Source: Bacteroidales bacterium
Lineage (GTDB): Bacteria; Bacteroidota; Bacteroidia; Bacteroidales; GCA-2748055
Length of the DNA stretch: 64,000 bases
Assembly (NCBI GenBank): GCA_029938715.1
Contig: JAOZUK010000009.1
Span: forward strand, 3,504-67,503
Direction of reading: 5' to 3'
Both the position numbers and the translations under genes were made by a program. Under the pieces are notes generated by a model, which did not search any database, had not been told where the DNA came from, and saw only the letters and a list, made by a program, of their open reading frames with translations. Shown here piece by piece: positions 29,210 to 39,200 of this stretch. Numbering within the stretch: the stretch's first letter is position 1; the number at the start of each line of letters is the position of its first letter.

Positions 29210-29614
29210 GTTCTTCTATTTTGCGACTCTATATTTGAGTCAGGTTAGATTTTGATTTTCTAATCTCTTAGGGGTTAGTTCCCCGCCGCTCGCGGCGAAT
29301 AAAATAAATATAAACCTATCATGATACCCCGCTGCTTGCGGCGGGGAGATTCATTTTTTTAAGTATTATGTTGTTTAATTAAGATGCACTCTATTTTGTT
29401 ACCCGTTTTTTAGCTGAAATATTCAACTCTTTTTGTTGAGTACATTTAAATGCCTGATATTCTGGCATTATCTAGTGCCTGTTTTTGACCTTATTTGCGA
29501 CCAGATTATGCAGAATCAGAAATTGGCGGGAATCAAATCTGGTGGATGAAATGACAGATATCCAATTAACTACCCTTTAATTGAGGCATATATGCCCCGA
29601 TAATCAATCGATAA

Positions 29615-29860
29615 ATGTTCCAATTTGGGAACATGAATCTTCAACGTGATCCTGTATTTCTCATTAAATTGGGTGGCAACTTGCGTAAATTCCGCTTGAA
29701 CAAAGGTCTTACACAGGAGATGCTAGCAGATAAAGCAGAAATACAAAGATCCCAAGTAACAAGGATTGAGCGAGGAACAACAAATCCTACAATAAACACG
29801 TTGAAAGTAATTGCAGAAGTATTGGAAATAGATTTGAAACTTTTATTAGAATTCGATTGA
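29615..29860 (+). CDS. XRE-family helix-turn-helix transcriptional regulator
   Basis: 81 aa with LRKFRLNKGLTQEMLADKAEIQRSQVTRIERGTTNPTINTL, a canonical HTH_3 pattern. Confidence 0.8.
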   Translation: MFQFGNMNLQRDPVFLIKLGGNLRKFRLNKGLTQEMLADKAEIQRSQVTRIERGTTNPTINTLKVIAEVLEIDLKLLLEFD

Positions 29861-29865
29861 GCAAG

Positions 29866-30486
29866 ATGCAGGTAGCAGGAGAAAATGTGGATGTAGATCT
29901 TAGTGTCAAAGCTTCAGAATACACGGATTCTGAACTGGTTGATGGGATAAGGTGTCGTGATGAACATGTGTTTAAGCATCTTCAAACCAGGTATAAACAT
30001 GGTATCAGGTTGATGGTTTGTATGAATGGAGGAAATGCAGATGATGCGGAGGATCTCTTTTGTGACGGTCTTGTCAGACTCATGGAGATTGTTGATAGGC
30101 ACGGATTTAAGCTAACTTGTAAATTACCTAGTCTCCTTTATGCGATTTGTGAAAAGAAATGGAAGCTAATTCTATTAAAGCGAAGAACAGCAGCAAGATA
30201 TCATAGACGAAAACTGGATACTACTCCAGAAGACGATTTTATAGATGTCATTGACAAGTCATTATATTCCATGATTTTTTGGGAGAGTTTTAACAAGCTC
30301 AATGATGACTGTAAAAGAATATTTCGGTCCTATTTTAAAGAATTATACTCGAAGGAAATCGCCGAGATTCTGAACTATTCTTATGGTTATCTTAGAAAAA
30401 GAAAGTGCTTGTGTCATAAGTCACTTGTTAGGATGGTAAATGTGCACCCTGAGTATCGAAAAATCAAAGCTACAGAAATACTATAA
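29866..30486 (+). CDS. Sigma-70 family (ECF-like) RNA polymerase sigma factor
   Basis: Region-2-like DAEDLFCDGLVRLMEIV and region-4-like LYSKEIAEILNYSYGYLRKRK. The first ATG is at 29866, and the track TTG at 29857 overlaps the XRE stop. Confidence 0.6.
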   Translation: MQVAGENVDVDLSVKASEYTDSELVDGIRCRDEHVFKHLQTRYKHGIRLMVCMNGGNADDAEDLFCDGLVRLMEIVDRHGFKLTCKLPSLLYAICEKKWKLILLKRRTAARYHRRKLDTTPEDDFIDVIDKSLYSMIFWESFNKLNDDCKRIFRSYFKELYSKEIAEILNYSYGYLRKRKCLCHKSLVRMVNVHPEYRKIKATEIL

Positions 30487-30507
30487 TTGCTACAAACTCA
30501 CTGAACG

Positions 30508-31308
30508 ATGAGCAGTATTGAAAAATATTCCGACAGAATTGCAAACTATGTCTTCAATGATATGAGCCTATTGGAAAGAAAGCAATTTGAGGAGGACCTT
30601 CTCACGGATAATGAATTAGCGGAGGAATACAAGAGGCAGGTTCATATGGTAGACTATCTAAAATCTCGATCAGCTTTAGAGGAGATGACTTCTGATCCAG
30701 ATATGGCTGAAGCTCGCCGGATAGTCGATGAATTTTATGATTCTCCTGAAGAATTGAATAAGGAAAGCAGACCACAACCATCGAAAAGTATTAAGGTTCA
30801 GAGAATGCTTTACCCTATTATTGGAGTAGCGGCAATTTTTATTGGATTGGTGATATATAAGATTTCGTTTCTTGGGCCTTCGAATGAACGTTTATACAAT
30901 AGACATTATAAGCCTCTAGATGCATCCAGCTTCGTGTATCGTGGAGAACAAGACCAAATTGACCTAAAGCTTAGGGAGGGACTATCATTTTATCTAGAAG
31001 GATCATATCTGGAATCAAATGTATTGTTCCAGGAACTTTTTCAAGGATATCCAAATAATCCCGAAGCAGGTCTCTATTTTGGCCTTAGTAGAATAGCTTT
31101 AGAAGAATATGAAGGAGCCATTAGGCTATTGGAATCACATATAAGTAATCAAACAATATACACTACTGAGGCAAAATGGTATTTAGGATTATGCCACGTC
31201 AAGCTTGATAACAACTCAGAAGCAGAATTATATTTTGAGGATTTATCCCAGATCGGAGGGTATTATGGTAAAAAATCGCTCGAGATATTAAAGAAGCTTG
31301 ACCGCTAA
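30508..31308 (+). CDS. Putative anti-sigma factor: N-terminal cytoplasmic helix, one TM segment, C-terminal TPR-like domain
   Basis: Positioned directly after the sigma gene. TM segment MLYPIIGVAAIFIGLVIYKISF, with TPR-like repeats in the C-terminal half. Confidence 0.5.
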   Translation: MSSIEKYSDRIANYVFNDMSLLERKQFEEDLLTDNELAEEYKRQVHMVDYLKSRSALEEMTSDPDMAEARRIVDEFYDSPEELNKESRPQPSKSIKVQRMLYPIIGVAAIFIGLVIYKISFLGPSNERLYNRHYKPLDASSFVYRGEQDQIDLKLREGLSFYLEGSYLESNVLFQELFQGYPNNPEAGLYFGLSRIALEEYEGAIRLLESHISNQTIYTTEAKWYLGLCHVKLDNNSEAELYFEDLSQIGGYYGKKSLEILKKLDR

Positions 31309-31371
31309 GACAAGCTCCAATAATAAAGATTAGAACTGACTAGCTGGGGCTCGATCCCTATTATTGGACCT

Positions 31372-34113
31372 TTATTCAGGCCAGTATTTCACCCGAACAC
31401 GCCTAATAACTGCGATAAAAGTGAGTATTGCTAAAATCCCTAGGATAATCTGAATAGTTCTCCGATGATGGACTATCGGATTTGGGTCTCCAATAACCTG
31501 AAAGCCGGCCCAAAAATGAGGGTGAGTAAATGAGTTTGGAGTGGACTCCAGGTATTTAATTTTTGCTTTTCTTAGTGCTTCGGTTTTATTTAATCCTTTC
31601 GAAAGTAAATGGTAATAATCGATCATAATCCTGGAGCTAGATATATCTTCAATTGGCCAGAGAGTATGTATAACGGATGATGCTCCGGCAAGAAGAAAAC
31701 TCCTTGATATGCTGAGCATGCCTTCTCCTTCATAAAATGGACCCTTACCAGATTCGCAAGAATTTACAACAACCATTGGTGATTCTATGCTAAGGTTACA
31801 GATTTCAAAATCGAATAGTTTTCTAAATGTTGAGTTTTTCTCTATCCCAAGAATTAAATAGGGGTTTCCAGTAATCTCAGAATCTGCGACCGAATGAGTA
31901 GCAAAGTGAAGTATTTTTCCCTTACTAGCCTTTGCAAGGCTGTCATTTGAATGGATATCAATTATTTTTTCACCTTTGAATTCTTTAAGAATTTCTTCAA
32001 TTTCCATTGAGCTATTTATAATCGAAAGGTTCCCATTGTCTGATTCATTAAAATCAGGAGCAATGGCTACTATGTTAGGCGGCCTCCTGAGAATTGCACG
32101 ATCGGGCTTATTTATCATTGTCGAGTTTGGCGCATATCCTATTGCATAATCATAAAGAAGGTAGTTCTGATCAGAGTACGATTTTAAACTGTCAATATCA
32201 CGCACCAATAAATCAAAAGGAATGAGGATCAGCTCACCGTCTGGAATGATTGTGAGATTTCTCGTTCTTACCCAATCCTCTATTGGATGAAAAAGAGCAA
32301 TATATAAACCATGTAACCAGGATATTAATTGCTTATCAGTATTGCCTTTAGACTTGACTGTATTAATAGAAGAAGATGAATTAAACACATTATATATTTG
32401 ATTCGTAAAATTATTGTCCACAATGCTTTGTGATATTCTACATGAATCTTTTGTTATTAAAAATGTATAGATCTTTTGCCCTTTATCAGGATCTTTTTCT
32501 CCTAATGAAAATTCAATGACAGTCTGCTTTTTGGACAACCTAGATTGAAGGTCAACCAATGGGTTGTGATTGTGCTTCGTTTCTGCAAGTGAGTCGAATC
32601 TGTTGCCAAATATTCTTTGGTGAATATTTTCGAAAGATCTCCTAAGAGTGAAAAGCTCATGTTTCATTTGATCTACCTGAACAGAGTTTGACTCCTGGTT
32701 CACTTCTCCCTCATAAATCAGGTTAGTGAGACTAAAGATTTGTTCGTACATGGACAGAAGATTATTTACAGAATCCTCCTCCATACTACTCATATACATC
32801 CAGTTTTTTTCTTTGATTTCGAAATTTAGTTCCAGTGTTTTACTCAGTGAAGCAAATCCGTAAGCCTTCTCTTTATAATATAGTAAACCTGTATACTCAA
32901 ATAATTGAAGTGCCACATCAATTCCATGAACAAAGAAATCTCGCTGATTGCCTATCAGAAATAGACGGCTTTCCCTCGTTAGATAACTATTTTGGATTCT
33001 CGTAAGAACGTAAAAGGCTTCGTCAGCGGTTTTCAGTGCAACTTCAAGTATTTCAATTGCTTTTGTTCTCAAGTTATTACTGTTGGCTAAACCATTCAGA
33101 GCTACCAGTTTGCTATTATAAGTTTTCAAAAGGCGGATGTCAAGCAAAGGCTTTAAATCAACAGGATTGGAAAATATATTGGTATTGTAAAAATCAGGGC
33201 AAATTGAGATTAATGCATCCTGCAGAAAATTTAGCGCTTCTTTATAATCCTCTGATTCTATATAGAATTGAGCAATATGGTAGTAGCAGTCTGAAATATA
33301 TGCATGATTACTGCCATAATTGAATAAATAATTTTCGATTGCTTGATTGTAATAACTGAGTCCCATGTCGTGATCCTTACTCTCAATTAGGAATTGTCCG
33401 TAGTCACGATAAACGTTGCCCAATTGATAGTAGGAGGACCCATGTTCCAACTTCCACCTTTCAACACTTGCTTTATAATACTTGTCTGCCTGTGGAGAGT
33501 TCTTCAATGCTTGATATGTCCGTGCTACATTAAAATAGACGCTTCCCAGGTGAGTGAGGTCATACGCTTCTTTAATTATTTTAGATTCAAATAGAAGTTT
33601 TAAAGCTTCAGTGTAATTCTCTTGATCATAGAGGACTAGCGCTTTGTTTAGTTTTAATAAAGAAGACCTTTCCTGAAACCCAAGGGTAAAATTTGCTTCT
33701 TCAGATAGGAGTCGTTCTGTTTCTTCATAATACTCATTGGCCAATAAATACTCCCCTATGTGCCTGCAAAGAACTCCCTGGTTAATTAGAATGTCGAAAT
33801 AAAGAGTTTTTTCCTGTATGGAGTTCATTTTACAATAGGCTAAAGCAAGTTTATAGTTCTCTTTTGCTTGCTCGTAAAGCCCCAAATTCTTAGCTGCCAC
33901 CCCTAGATTACTATATAGTACAGCAATATTGTAATCAGGTAGATTGTAATCAGATTCTAGTATATGGTTTAGGATCTGGTAGGATTCATAGATATTGCCT
34001 TTCTCTCTGGCTAGCAGGTAACTATTAAACAGATCGCCAGCAATTTCCACATCACTTTGACCAAATGTTATAGTAGTGACGAAGAGAAAAAAGACAAAGG
34101 AATGAAACCTCAT
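31372..34113 (-). CDS. TPR-repeat CHAT-domain (caspase-like) protein with C-terminal membrane anchor
   Basis: 913 aa with a signal/anchor at the N-terminus and many TPR units. The CHAT His/Cys dyad contexts are ILHFATHSVAD and VVVNSCESGKG. C-terminal TM segment IQIILGILAILTFIAVI. Confidence 0.85.
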   Translation of the reverse strand: MRFHSFVFFLFVTTITFGQSDVEIAGDLFNSYLLAREKGNIYESYQILNHILESDYNLPDYNIAVLYSNLGVAAKNLGLYEQAKENYKLALAYCKMNSIQEKTLYFDILINQGVLCRHIGEYLLANEYYEETERLLSEEANFTLGFQERSSLLKLNKALVLYDQENYTEALKLLFESKIIKEAYDLTHLGSVYFNVARTYQALKNSPQADKYYKASVERWKLEHGSSYYQLGNVYRDYGQFLIESKDHDMGLSYYNQAIENYLFNYGSNHAYISDCYYHIAQFYIESEDYKEALNFLQDALISICPDFYNTNIFSNPVDLKPLLDIRLLKTYNSKLVALNGLANSNNLRTKAIEILEVALKTADEAFYVLTRIQNSYLTRESRLFLIGNQRDFFVHGIDVALQLFEYTGLLYYKEKAYGFASLSKTLELNFEIKEKNWMYMSSMEEDSVNNLLSMYEQIFSLTNLIYEGEVNQESNSVQVDQMKHELFTLRRSFENIHQRIFGNRFDSLAETKHNHNPLVDLQSRLSKKQTVIEFSLGEKDPDKGQKIYTFLITKDSCRISQSIVDNNFTNQIYNVFNSSSSINTVKSKGNTDKQLISWLHGLYIALFHPIEDWVRTRNLTIIPDGELILIPFDLLVRDIDSLKSYSDQNYLLYDYAIGYAPNSTMINKPDRAILRRPPNIVAIAPDFNESDNGNLSIINSSMEIEEILKEFKGEKIIDIHSNDSLAKASKGKILHFATHSVADSEITGNPYLILGIEKNSTFRKLFDFEICNLSIESPMVVVNSCESGKGPFYEGEGMLSISRSFLLAGASSVIHTLWPIEDISSSRIMIDYYHLLSKGLNKTEALRKAKIKYLESTPNSFTHPHFWAGFQVIGDPNPIVHHRRTIQIILGILAILTFIAVIRRVRVKYWPE

Positions 34114-34191
34114 ATGTTATAATTAGCCGATTGCTTGCTGGGCTAAATATAATATAGAATAGTTTCATTCCAATTTATCCTCTTGTCTAGA

Positions 34192-34338
34192 TTATGGATA
34201 CCAAGGTGTAGGCGGTGGATCCTGATCACCTCCACCTTCACCATCTCCACCTTTTAGGTAGTTCATTTTCTTTGGATCCAATTTGTTCTCAGAGAACTGA
34301 GCAAAAAAACTTCTTTCATTTTTTGACAATTGTTTCAT
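34192..34338 (-). CDS. Unlisted 48-aa peptide with double-glycine-type leader
   Basis: My own translation: MKQLSKNERSFFAQFSENKLDPKKMNYLKGG-DGEGGGDQDPPPTPWYP. ATG at 34338 and TAA at 34192-34194. It lies 78 nt upstream of, and co-oriented with, the CHAT gene. It falls below the track length cut-off. Confidence 0.45.
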   Translation of the reverse strand: MKQLSKNERSFFAQFSENKLDPKKMNYLKGGDGEGGGDQDPPPTPWYP

Positions 34339-35001
34339 AACAAAGTGTTTTGGTTTACAATTGCCGTTTAATTCTATTGAGGCTGGATGTGTTACCTTGT
34401 AGTCATGGGAACTTCTTTTTATGATTGTTTATATATCTGTGTATCTGAGGGATATGTGTGAGTCTATAGGGTATTACAGAAATTATCGTTGACTGGAGGG
34501 TAACAAATTCTCGATGATCTTAATTAAACACGTTAATCATTAAAATTGGAGGGGTTAACTGATACCGAATTGGAGCAGATGCCTTCCAGCTAAAGGCATT
34601 GGTGCAGACTATTCAACATACTAATCAGAGGAGGGCATGACTTCTTTGAGAAAAGACTAAAGCGATTATAATCTTGGAGCGTCATGTAAGCCTCCCCCAG
34701 ATCCGCAACTGAGAGAAAGCAAAGGAGCTAAGTTTGGGAAGCCTGTTCCGAGCATACACGCCTCCTTGGTTCTTGGCCAAAACGCCAGCATAAGATCCTT
34801 CCCTGATTTACTCAAATATCTATCCCCATACCTATTCTAAAATGAGAAGTAAAGGGGCATATTTGTGGGTTTTCCTAACTTAAGATTCTACCCTCCTGAA
34901 TCGACGACTTCCCCAAGTAGACAGGTATTGAGGTGCAAGTGAAAAACACTATCCAAGGGGAGGAGATAATTGCCAAACTATAAAAACCTAATTGATGAAT
35001 A

Positions 35002-35260
35002 GCTGATCCAAAGATCCAGGCTTGATTTCAATTATTGCTAGTCTTTTTAGTAACAGAAGTGTTAGGAAGGCTAGAATTACTGAGCAATAGCATGTTTTAG
35101 AACATACCAGATACGGGTAACAAATCAAGGTCCATTCGAATTAAACCAGCATACTGGTTTATAACTATTCCAAATTGTATCATTTCAGAAATGCCTCTTC
35201 CTGATTGGAATCTCCATTATTCTAAAAGAAAAATAAACTGTAGTTTCGAAATGGAATTCA
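35002..35260. repeat. Copy A of a ~260-bp conserved upstream module (copy B at 42029-42289)
   Basis: Alignable by eye along its whole length with copy B. A 45-nt block is identical (35126-35170 = 42155-42199) and contains the hairpin aaaccag-cata-ctggttt. The shared end is gtagtttcgaaatggaattca. Confidence 0.8.
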
Positions 35261-35345
35261 AGTAAAAAACCACCCTCTGAGAAGGTGGCATTGAAATACC
35301 CCCAAATAGGTAGGTTTTTATTTTAAACTAAATCAGTTCTTCGAA

Positions 35346-36284
35346 ATGAAAAAGACACATATCCTTGCCCTCGGCATACTACTGTTATTGCAAAGTAATT
35401 CTGCCAATTGCCAAAAAGTTTGGTTTCAAGAAAACACTACATGGCACTATGGTATACTTCTTAGTGCACTTGATCCTTTGAATATTCAAGAATATGCAAT
35501 ATATGAAGTGACTGGGGATTCTTTAATCGATAGTAGAATTTATAGTATAATTGAAAAGACCAGATATTTTCTAGATGGTTCGAAACAATTCTTGGGATAT
35601 GAGTTGTATAATCAAGAGGGGGACCAGATATACTATTATCAAAGCGGACATAGGCACCTACTTTATGATTTCTCTCTCGAAAAAGGTGACAATTGGACCA
35701 TTAGAATACCAAACGATTCGGACGAACCACATTCAATAGAAGATACTGTTAGAACAGTTCACATTGATTCAACAAGTGTAATAGTAGTCAATTCAGATAG
35801 TCTAAAAGTTCTATATACAACCTTCTCTAATAATCCTAATACAAACAAAATAGACTGGCAATTCAAAGGTCCAATAATTGAAAAAATAGGTTCAACATAT
35901 CTACTTCCTGGGATTTGGTGGTTTGTTGATATGGATATTCCATATTTAAGATGCTTCAAAGATTCGGTTCTAAGTTATATTGTTTATCCAGATATTGAAT
36001 GTGATGGCTTATTTACCAAAATACAAGATTCAGAACCCAAAAATCAGGATATTTCAATTACCCAAATCGCTAATGAAAAGCTATTCTATTCAGTCCATAA
36101 CAATGCATATAAGCGCATTAATTACAACGTATTTGACATCACTGGCAAGATGATTCTAAATGGGCATGCAGAATGTGCGGGAGAAAATTCAATATCATTT
36201 TCTGGTCAAAATAAAGGATTATTTGTGATCATTTTCACGTCTAATAATGAAGTCATTTCCACATACAAATTTATAACCTATTAA
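35346..36284 (+). CDS. Secreted hypothetical protein with T9SS C-terminal sorting domain
   Basis: Signal peptide and a CTD-like tail (NVFDITGKMILNG...GLFVIIFTSNNEVISTYKFITY). Confidence 0.55.
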   Translation: MKKTHILALGILLLLQSNSANCQKVWFQENTTWHYGILLSALDPLNIQEYAIYEVTGDSLIDSRIYSIIEKTRYFLDGSKQFLGYELYNQEGDQIYYYQSGHRHLLYDFSLEKGDNWTIRIPNDSDEPHSIEDTVRTVHIDSTSVIVVNSDSLKVLYTTFSNNPNTNKIDWQFKGPIIEKIGSTYLLPGIWWFVDMDIPYLRCFKDSVLSYIVYPDIECDGLFTKIQDSEPKNQDISITQIANEKLFYSVHNNAYKRINYNVFDITGKMILNGHAECAGENSISFSGQNKGLFVIIFTSNNEVISTYKFITY

Positions 36285-36297
36285 CAACCCTCATCTT

Positions 36298-39200
36298 ATG
36301 AAAACCCCACAACTAATTTTTCTCTTAGTCACCTCTTTAATTCTTAATCTGAATGTAAATGGACAACAAGAATTTGAATGTTTTACTCCAGCCAGTGGTT
36401 CACTTAAAAGTACTGCACCGTCTAATTGTGTAAATAGTCCAACTGCTTATACAAATTATATCCCAGGATCAAATACTCCAGTCAAAATAGTGAAGTTCAA
36501 CATCCACGTCATGCAAAAATCTAATGGATCGAGGAACTTCCAATCAACAAATTCTGATCACATAGAATATCTTGAATCGGTTGAAACATCTATGAATAGT
36601 CTTTTGGAAGGCCTTTCCGAACCCTATTGGGGAGGAGCAACAAATGATACATATATTGAGGACGCAAGAGTCCAGTTTGAATTGCAGAGTATTTACTTCC
36701 ACCAGGATGATATTGCCTGGTATAATAATGGAAGTGTATGTGGTTCATATTGTTACAGCAATTATAAAACGAATGAAGAAAGCGAATTAAACATTTTTCT
36801 TTGTCACCATTATGACACCACAAAAAATTCTCCCACAGGAGGTTGTGGCCCAAGCGACCATTGGGCAGTGATGTACAATCATTATGAGGATTACCTCACT
36901 AATGGTGATCGCATGTGGTTGAAATCCAGGGGAATTCTGCATGAGATCGGTCATACATTTGGCTTGTCACACACTCACTCTCCTGATCAGTTTAGTGACA
37001 CATATTCTCCAGAGTATTATACTGCGAATTACCCCGATGGATGGTGCGACCCTACTACTGATTATCAGTGTTCCAATAATGTAATGGGATATAACAAATC
37101 AAAGACCTACCTTTCTCCATACCAGTTAGGTGAAATTCATAGGGTGTTTTCAGGAGACTATCACACGCGTTTCCTCACTTTTTGTGATTACGACTCGAAC
37201 AATACTACAACGATAAATTCAAGTCAGACATGGGACATAGGCAAAGTTTTTGGTGGAGATATTCGAATCACATCGGGCAATACTCTCACTGTAGAATGTA
37301 TGATTTCTCTACCGCCAGGAGGGAAAATCATTGTGGAATCTGGAGGTACGCTAGTTTTAGATGGAGCCCATTTAACTAACAGTTGTGAAAATGGACTATG
37401 GAATGGAATTGAGGTCTATGGAATTAATAGCGCGGATCAAACCTCCTCAAGTCAGGGGAAAGTAATAATAAAGAATAATTCTTTAATTGAATATTCGAAG
37501 GAAATATCAGCAATCAATGGAGGTATTATTCAAGCGGATGACTCGAAGTTCCTGAATACCGATAGAGCCGCAGAGTTTCTTTGGTATAGTCCAACAGTGT
37601 ATAATTCCGCTAGTTATTTTGACAATTGTGAGTTCGAGATCAATAATGATTACTACAACTATGACCAATCTCTGAGGCCTTTTATTACACTCAACGGTAT
37701 TAAAGGAGTAGAGATTTCAAATTGTTCTTTCACTAATATTTCAACTACTGAAACATATGATGATTTGGGAACAGCTATACATAGTGTAGATGCCTCGTAT
37801 ACTGTTGACAATTGTGAGATAGAGGATCTTTACTATGGTATTGATGTTCGGAATACTGACGCCACATATGATGTATCGATAATTAATTCAACTATAAATG
37901 GAAATAGCAGGGGGATATTCTTAAGCAATGTTGATGATGCTATCGTAACAGATAATGATTTTGATGTTCCAGGAACTGGATCAGGTTCACAAACCTATGG
38001 TATTTATTTAAATCATTGTTCTGGCTATGATATTGATGATAATGTGATAGATGGAATAAATGACGATAATTCAACATATGGCATAATTGTGAATGAATCC
38101 GGCACAGCTTCTAATGAGATAGTTCAATGTACAATGAATGACTTGTATTATGGCACTATCGCACAGGGGGCTAATGCGAATTCAAGTGTTGGCTTAGAGT
38201 ACTTTTGCAACACATTTGAAGACAATTACATTGGAATGGGAATTGGCCAATATGATAGCACAAAAACTAGTCATAATATTGCCAGTGAACAGGGCTATCT
38301 TGATTATGCAGCAATGAACCAATTCATTACAAATTCTTATACGGATATTTATAACACTAGTACAACGTTCAGATATTGGTATATCAATTCCACATATTAT
38401 AACCCTTCCACAACTTACTCTTCACCCGCACCCACAAAGTCCGAAGCCTGGTTCAATACTAATAATTGTTCAGCATATGGAAAGAAGTCAACTTCAGATT
38501 CATTTGCCCCGTCTGACTTATTAAGCGATTTGAGCTCCCTTGAAAGTGATATTAAACTCTTAGAGGCAGATCTGTCACTTCATCAAAAGGATTCAGTTGA
38601 GTTTTACAAAAGTCAGCCCTATACTGAAATTGGTAGGCAATTGCAAGAGTTGAGATTCAAGAAAAAGTTAAAATCTAGGATTATTAATTCCTTACTAAGG
38701 ATATATAAAGCAGAATCTAATGCTGATAACAAAATCATAGAACTACTATCTCTTCAGAAAGATCAAGAGTATAAATACCGGCTCATTGATTATTTGCTTA
38801 AAACAGAGAGGTACATTGAGGTACATGACTTATATGATGATATTGTAGAAAACCGTTCATCAATTAGCGAAATGGAGTACTATAAGGATTACTCCAAAAT
38901 ACTTGACATGAAAACTAATATTCTATCCTCAGAACGAACCTATTTTGAATTAACAGATCACGAAAAAGAGGAATTAAAAAAACTGGCAGAATCAAATACG
39001 AAAGCTGGTATAGTTGCAAAAAACATCCTTTTCCTATCGGATTCAATTTGCTATGAAGAATATATATTAGATCTGCCTATTCCTTCAAAAGAAAGAAAAG
39101 AAGAGAAATCATCCAACTCATATTCTGATCCCTCAAATTCCTTAGAATCAGTTTTAGACCTTGTTAGATTTGATATTTCACCAAATCCAACTAATGGAGA

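Noticed and set aside
29271-29346. Checked whether the GC-rich hairpins, or any other short repeats in the window, form a CRISPR array.
   Set aside because: Only two copies with a single irregular spacer are present. No regularly spaced repeat series exists anywhere in the 64 kb, and there are no cas genes.
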